A stretch of 34,265 nucleotides of DNA from Nanobdellota archaeon (lineage in GTDB: Archaea > Aenigmatarchaeota > Aenigmatarchaeia > Aenigmatarchaeales > SZUA-1535), in NCBI GenBank assembly GCA_015661515.1, contig DQVX01000067.1:1-34265 (forward strand), written 5' to 3'. Below, piece by piece: positions 30,098 to 34,265 of the stretch (position 1 is the stretch's first letter; every line of letters begins with the position of its first letter). The notes beneath the pieces were generated by a model. It ran no database searches and was not told the DNA's origin. It saw nothing but the letters and a program-made list of their open reading frames with translations. Position numbers and translations under genes: made by a program.

Positions 30098-30239
30098 GGG
30101 CACGTAGCTCAGCCTGGTCAGAGCGCCAGTCTTATATGGCTGGGCTCTGGTAAAGCCTAAGCAAACTGGTGGTCGCCGGTTCAAAAGCAAGGCTAAAAGA
30201 GCAAGAGTTTTTCTGCAGAAATTCCGGCCGTGCCCACCA
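30098..30239 (+). tRNA. tRNA-Ile(UAU) with two introns (37/38 at 30137-30163; 59/60 at 30186-30222), CCA encoded
   Basis: Acceptor GGGCACG/CGTGCCC-A-CCA; D arm GCTC/GAGC; anticodon stem CCAGT/ACTGG with loop CT-TAT-AA; T stem GCCGG/CCGGC. Strict BHB at intron 1 (CTTA/TAAG, GGCT/AGCC); relaxed BHB at intron 2. Confidence 0.9.
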
Positions 30240-30311
30240 TTCAAAAATTTTTTAAACATATTCTTTGCCAATATGGGAAAAGACTAAAAATGTAAAAGCA
30301 CTAAACACAGT

Positions 30312-31103
30312 TTAGATTTCAGCACCTTCTAATGCACGGGAACAAATGCATGTTCTTTTTTCAGGTATTTGCGATATAACTTTTTCCAGAAGCTTTTTAG
30401 TTTTGTTAACATTTTTCTTCATTGTCTCGATTACAAGTTCTGTGCTAACTTTTTCCTCTTCTTCTTTCCACACATCATAATCTGTTACCATTGAAATAGA
30501 AGCATAGCAGATTTCTAGCTCACGTGCTAGTTGAGCTTCTGGAACAAGAGTCATGCCTATTATGTCGGCAAAATTTCTGAACATGAAGGATTCTGCTTTT
30601 GTTGAAAATCTTGGGCCTTCTATGCAGATGTATGTTCCCTTTTCCGAAAAATCAAATCCAAGCTTTTTTGCATTTTCTATGAGAAGATTTCTAAGCTCAG
30701 GACAAAAAGGCTCTGCCATAGTTATATGCACAACTTTTGGACCATTGTAAAATGTATATTCTCTTCTTTTTGTAAAATCTATAAACTGATCAGGAAATAC
30801 AAGCATCCCAGGTTTGAGCTCTTCTTTCAGTGAGCCAACTGCATGTACAGCAATGATTCTTTCAACACCAATTTCTTTCAAAGCCCAGATATTTGCGCGA
30901 TAGTTTACTTTATGAGGTGGTATCTGATGTTTTTCTCCATGTCTCGGAATGAATGCTATTTTTATTCCGTTAGCATCGAAAATAGAAATAGGTGCTGTTG
31001 CTCTTCCATAAGGTGTTACAATATCTATCTTTTCGATGAGATCAAAATTTTCTATATCTACAACCCCTGTCCCGCCTATTATCCCTATTCTGACTTTTTT
31101 CAT
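30312..31103 (-). CDS. mtnP: S-methyl-5'-thioadenosine phosphorylase
   Basis: IGIIGGTG, TPYG, PRHG..H..PPH.VNYRANIWAL, EGPRFSTKAES, IGMT..PEA.LARE and VTDYD. Confidence 0.93.
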   Translation of the reverse strand: MKKVRIGIIGGTGVVDIENFDLIEKIDIVTPYGRATAPISIFDANGIKIAFIPRHGEKHQIPPHKVNYRANIWALKEIGVERIIAVHAVGSLKEELKPGMLVFPDQFIDFTKRREYTFYNGPKVVHITMAEPFCPELRNLLIENAKKLGFDFSEKGTYICIEGPRFSTKAESFMFRNFADIIGMTLVPEAQLARELEICYASISMVTDYDVWKEEEEKVSTELVIETMKKNVNKTKKLLEKVISQIPEKRTCICSRALEGAEI

Positions 31104-31163
31104 GAATTTATTATTGAATTATAAAATTAAAAAATTTTAAAATTCTACAACTGAAAATTAATT

Positions 31164-31814
31164 ATGCCTTCAAAATTTAAATGTGAATTTCGTTCATGGG
31201 AAAATATATATACTTTAAGCAGAATTGTTGCAAGAAAAATAAGAGAAAGCAATTGGGAACCAGATGCAATAATAGGCATAACTCGAGGAGGTTGGGTCCC
31301 TGCACGAAACCTTTGCGATTTTCTTGGTGTTAAAGATCTATTCGGTGTAAAAATAGAACATTGGGGAGTTACAGCTACTCCAGATGGTGAAGCAAAATTA
31401 AAGTGGCCTTTGAACGTTGATCTTTCAGGTAAAAAGGTTCTTGTTGTAGATGATATAATAGATACTGGAGAAAGTATGCTCATAGCTATTGAGCACATTA
31501 AAACTCTCAATCCAAAAGAGATAAGAACAGCAGCATTGTTTTATATAAAGGGTAGTAAATTTATTCCAGATTATTTTGCAGAAGAAATAGAATGGAAATG
31601 GATAATATTTCCATGGAATGTTACAGAAGATTTAATAAATCTAATTTCAAATTTTCTTAAGGAGCGAGAAATTGTAGAAATAAGCGAAGTAATAGATGGG
31701 CTTAAAGATTGGTATGATATAGAGCTTACTGAACAACAACTAAAAGAAGTGCTGGAAGAAATGAGAATAAGAAAAATAATAAAAGTAGATGGAAATAAAA
31801 TCACGAAACTCTAA
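31164..31814 (+). CDS. type I phosphoribosyltransferase (hypoxanthine/xanthine-guanine PRTase-like, COG2236)
   Basis: ITRGGWVPAR.L.D, PRPP-binding loop VLVVDDIIDTGES and WIIFPW. Confidence 0.9.
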   Translation: MPSKFKCEFRSWENIYTLSRIVARKIRESNWEPDAIIGITRGGWVPARNLCDFLGVKDLFGVKIEHWGVTATPDGEAKLKWPLNVDLSGKKVLVVDDIIDTGESMLIAIEHIKTLNPKEIRTAALFYIKGSKFIPDYFAEEIEWKWIIFPWNVTEDLINLISNFLKEREIVEISEVIDGLKDWYDIELTEQQLKEVLEEMRIRKIIKVDGNKITKL

Positions 31815-31824
31815 TAGGATTAGA

Positions 31825-31946
31825 GGGCCGGTGGTCTAGTGGTATGACGCCTGCTTCACGAGCAGGAGATCGGCGGTTCAAAACAGAAAGAATATTATTT
31901 TTCTTTTACAATGTTTTATTCTTTGAAATTCCGCCCCGGCCCACCA
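31825..31946 (+). tRNA. tRNA-Val(CAC) with a T-loop intron (59/60 at 31883-31929), CCA encoded
   Basis: Acceptor GGGCCGG/CCGGCCC-A-CCA; anticodon arm CCTGC-TTCACGA-GCAGG; T stem GGCGG/CCGCC interrupted after TTCAAA by a 47-nt AT-rich insert with central helix TTCA/TGAA. Confidence 0.92.
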
Positions 31947-31951
31947 TTGAG

Positions 31952-31959
31952 TTTAAATA
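31952..31959 (+). promoter_or_regulatory. TATA box of the SRP RNA gene
   Basis: TTTAAATA about 23 nt upstream of helix 1. Confidence 0.5.
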
Positions 31960-31981
31960 GTTTTTTTGACCATAAATTATT

Positions 31982-32257
31982 TGCAGGAGGCTAGGCCGGG
32001 GGGTTGGGGGTCCCCTGTAACCGGAAATCCCCCTTATGCCGGGGCCGAAGCCCGAGGGCGGCTATGTGCTGAAAGGAAGTCCTGCAGGTGAACAATGAAA
32101 TTCCGTCCCGTGGAGTCGTAGCCGTGGCGAACCGGTCAGGCCCGGAAGGGAGCAGCCGTAAGCCACGAGCTACGATGTTCACGGGGGTGCGGAATGGAGG
32201 AAGCCTGCAGGGGCGCTTCCTTTCAGCACATAGTCCACCGAGGGCGCGCCTCCTGCA
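31982..32257 (+). ncRNA. ffs: archaeal SRP (7S) RNA, about 276 nt, lacking helix 6
   Basis: GC-rich island; terminal helix TGCAGGAGGC/GCCTCCTGCA; Alu-domain CTAGGCCGGGGGG...TGTAA; helix-8 motif TCAGGCCCGGAAGGGAGCAG. Confidence 0.95.
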
Positions 32258-32278
32258 CTATTAAATGGTGAAATAAAA

Positions 32279-33067
32279 ATGAAAAGACGTAAATATAATC
32301 AAGAAAAGCCACTTTTTTTGTTATTTTCTTTGGTTATGTTTCTTTTAGGATTTTCTTTTGCAAATATGCTTTATACAATAAATAAACTTGAGATGCAAAA
32401 CGTAAAAATAGTCGAGAAAAAAATCCCAATATATATAACAAAAAGCAATTATAATTCAACAACTTTATATTTGCTTGCTGTTGATCAAGAAGGAGAAGGT
32501 GTAGTTATACCACTAAAAGTTGAAGTAAGACCAGGTACAGGAAAAGTTTTAGCAAATATAGAAAACTTACTTTTTTGGATTGATACTCAACATTCACTTC
32601 AGATTGCGAGAGACATAGCAGCAAATATTACTGGAAGAGATCCAGAAAGTTTTGATGTGATATATACTCTTGAGTCGAACGCTTCTATAGTCGGTGGGCC
32701 TTCTGCAGGAGCCGCTTTTGCAATAGCAACAATAGCAGCTTTAAAAAACATAACTTTGAATAACTCTGTTTTAATAACTGGAACTATAAATGAAGATGGA
32801 ACTATAGGAGAGGTTGGCGGAATTTATGAAAAAGCAGAAGCTGCAAAAAAAGCTGGAGCTAAAATTGTTTTAGTACCTCCTGGACAAGCAACAGAAATAA
32901 AACTTGTTCCTGAGGAAAAATGCATTACACGTCCAGGTTTTATTTTTTGTGAAACAATATACAAAAGAAAGAAAATAAATATTTCCGAGAAAATTGGAAT
33001 AGAAATAAAAGAAGTTTCAAATATTTATGAAGCAATGAAATATTTTTTCGGTGAAAGATATGGATAA
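32279..33067 (+). CDS. membrane-anchored Lon-like serine protease (S16 proteolytic domain only)
   Basis: N-terminal TM; GGPSAGAA and ITGTI..DG.IG.VGG...K..AA (Ser-Lys dyad); no AAA domain. Confidence 0.88.
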   Translation: MKRRKYNQEKPLFLLFSLVMFLLGFSFANMLYTINKLEMQNVKIVEKKIPIYITKSNYNSTTLYLLAVDQEGEGVVIPLKVEVRPGTGKVLANIENLLFWIDTQHSLQIARDIAANITGRDPESFDVIYTLESNASIVGGPSAGAAFAIATIAALKNITLNNSVLITGTINEDGTIGEVGGIYEKAEAAKKAGAKIVLVPPGQATEIKLVPEEKCITRPGFIFCETIYKRKKINISEKIGIEIKEVSNIYEAMKYFFGERYG

Positions 33068-33650
33068 AAAAGAGCTTCAGGATATAGCAATTTCTGTAAT
33101 AGTACTTTCAGTAGCATTTTTAAATATTATAGGAGATTTTACTTTAGAAAATTTTGTAATAAGTTTATTAATAGTAATTTTTGTATTTGTAGTTCATGAA
33201 TTAGCTCATAGAGGGGTAGCAAAATATTATGGTTTTTCTGCTAAATATGTTGCTTGGCCTTTTGGTTTATTGCTAACTCTTTTGACGAGTTTCGGAAGCT
33301 TTCTTTTAGGTGGTAGCTTTCTATTTGCTGCACCAGGTGCAGTACAAATTTCTCCTTATTCAGATAAATTTGCATTTCAACTAAGACCTATGACTAAAAA
33401 AGAATATGGTATTATAGCTCTTTCAGGTCCTGCTTCAAATATAGCTGTAGGAGTTATATTCTTTTTACTATTTTTAATTTTTCCTTCTCCAATATACTTC
33501 TTGTACAATATTTCTAAAATTTCATTTTGGTTAGCTTTTTTCAACCTTCTTCCCATTCCACCGCTTGATGGGAGTAAAATTTTAATATGGAATATTAAAA
33601 TATGGTTTATTATAATAGCATTTGCTTTTATTGGCTGGATGGTGATATGA
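33060..33650 (+). CDS. site-2 protease family (M50) membrane metalloprotease
   Basis: HELAH, AAPGAV, IALSGPASN and FNLLPIPPLDGSK; ATG 33060 lies 5 nt after GGTGA. Confidence 0.92.
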   Translation: MDKKELQDIAISVIVLSVAFLNIIGDFTLENFVISLLIVIFVFVVHELAHRGVAKYYGFSAKYVAWPFGLLLTLLTSFGSFLLGGSFLFAAPGAVQISPYSDKFAFQLRPMTKKEYGIIALSGPASNIAVGVIFFLLFLIFPSPIYFLYNISKISFWLAFFNLLPIPPLDGSKILIWNIKIWFIIIAFAFIGWMVI

Positions 33651-34088
33651 ATGTTATTGAGAAAAACAAAAAATATAGCTCTTTTCATAGATGGTCCAAA
33701 CATGATAAGAAAAGAATTTTCTTTTGGGTTAGAAGATATAGTTAAAAAAGCTAAAAAATATGGAAGAATAGTTATAGGAAAAGTTTTTCTTAATCAATTT
33801 GCCCCTGAAAAATTAATAGAAGCTGTTGCTAATCACGGTTTAGAACCTATAATAACCTTAGGTGAGAAAAATGCAACTGATGTTGATGTTGCTTTAGCTG
33901 TACATGCTATGGAAGCTGTGCATGATCCTAAAATAGATATTATTGTTATTGCTACAAGAGATGCTGATTTTACACCTTTACTTCAAAAAATAAAAGAGCA
34001 TGGAAAATTAGCTGTACTAATAGCAGCAAAAGAAGCTTTAGGAACGTCTCTCAAAAAAAGTGCTGACAAAGTAGAGCTTTTGAAGTGA
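33651..34088 (+). CDS. NYN-domain (LabA/DUF88, PIN-like) protein
   Basis: FIDGPNMIRKEF, KLIEAV, DVDV.LAV.AME and TRDADF.P. Confidence 0.88.
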   Translation: MLLRKTKNIALFIDGPNMIRKEFSFGLEDIVKKAKKYGRIVIGKVFLNQFAPEKLIEAVANHGLEPIITLGEKNATDVDVALAVHAMEAVHDPKIDIIVIATRDADFTPLLQKIKEHGKLAVLIAAKEALGTSLKKSADKVELLK

Positions 34089-34093
34089 GGCAT

Positions 34094-34265
34094 ATGGTAG
34101 CTGAAGAGTTTAAAAAAGTTATAGAAAAATTTGGATTTGAAAAAGGTCAATGCAAAAAAGGATTAATTGAAAAAAGAAAGAAAAATCATTTAGCAGCCTA
34201 TGATTTTAGTTTTAGCGATTTTTTAAATTATTCTACAGATCAACCTATTGCTATAGAATATCAAA
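34094..34265 (+). CDS. hypothetical protein, 3'-truncated by the window edge
   Basis: ATG 34094 after GTGAGG; open to the end of the window (MVAEEFKKVIEKFGFEKGQCKKGLIEK...). Confidence 0.65.
   Translation, partial: MVAEEFKKVIEKFGFEKGQCKKGLIEKRKKNHLAAYDFSFSDFLNYSTDQPIAIEYQ

Noticed and set aside
30137..30163. C/D-box guide RNA within the tRNA-Ile intron
   Set aside because: Only 27 nt, with no RUGAUGA or CUGA boxes.
30041..30271. 76-aa minus-strand ORF
   Set aside because: Antisense to tRNA-Ile; a shadow ORF.
31991..32182. 63-aa minus-strand ORF
   Set aside because: Antisense to the SRP RNA; open only because the region is GC-rich.
31969..32269. Pairing of the SRP RNA flanks (ACCAT/ATGGT plus short bulges) as a BHB circularisation motif
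   Set aside because: The bulges lie 5' of the central helix on each strand, the opposite of BHB geometry, and the helix has a mismatch.

Overview
AT-rich, very gene-dense archaeal housekeeping region. Gene content and protein style suggest a DPANN archaeon, possibly Aenigmarchaeota-like; this is inference, not a database result. It contains two tandem COG1373-type AAA+ ATPases, a complete A1Ao ATP synthase operon (H-I-K-E-C-F-A-B-D) and a PhoU/AbrB regulator. The S10-spc ribosomal protein superoperon is split and reordered (L15 | L29...L30 | insert | L3...S3, no secY). Other genes: Kef-type antiporter, PIN protein, ether-lipid genes (DGGGP synthase, ferredoxin plus geranylgeranyl reductase), SpeD-fold decarboxylase, MTA phosphorylase, purine PRTase, a Lon-domain protease, an M50 protease and a NYN protein. 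RNA genes: tRNA-Ile(UAU) with two introns, tRNA-Val(CAC) with a T-loop intron, and an SRP RNA. Four ORFs missing from the supplied track were read by hand (eL40, a ferredoxin, a Zn-ribbon protein and a partial 3'-edge ORF). Most notable: (1) the aIF1/SUI1 gene has no in-frame AUG and appears to start at an AUA overlapped by an AUG-AAA-UAG mini-ORF, suggesting IF3/eIF1-like autoregulation; (2) the best ribosome-binding site of the speD-like gene drives an out-of-frame overlapping uORF; (3) tRNA-Ile has anticodon UAU; (4) both tRNAs carry 59/60 T-loop introns; (5) the SRP RNA lacks helix 6; (6) a small Zn-ribbon gene is inserted between eL32 and eL19.
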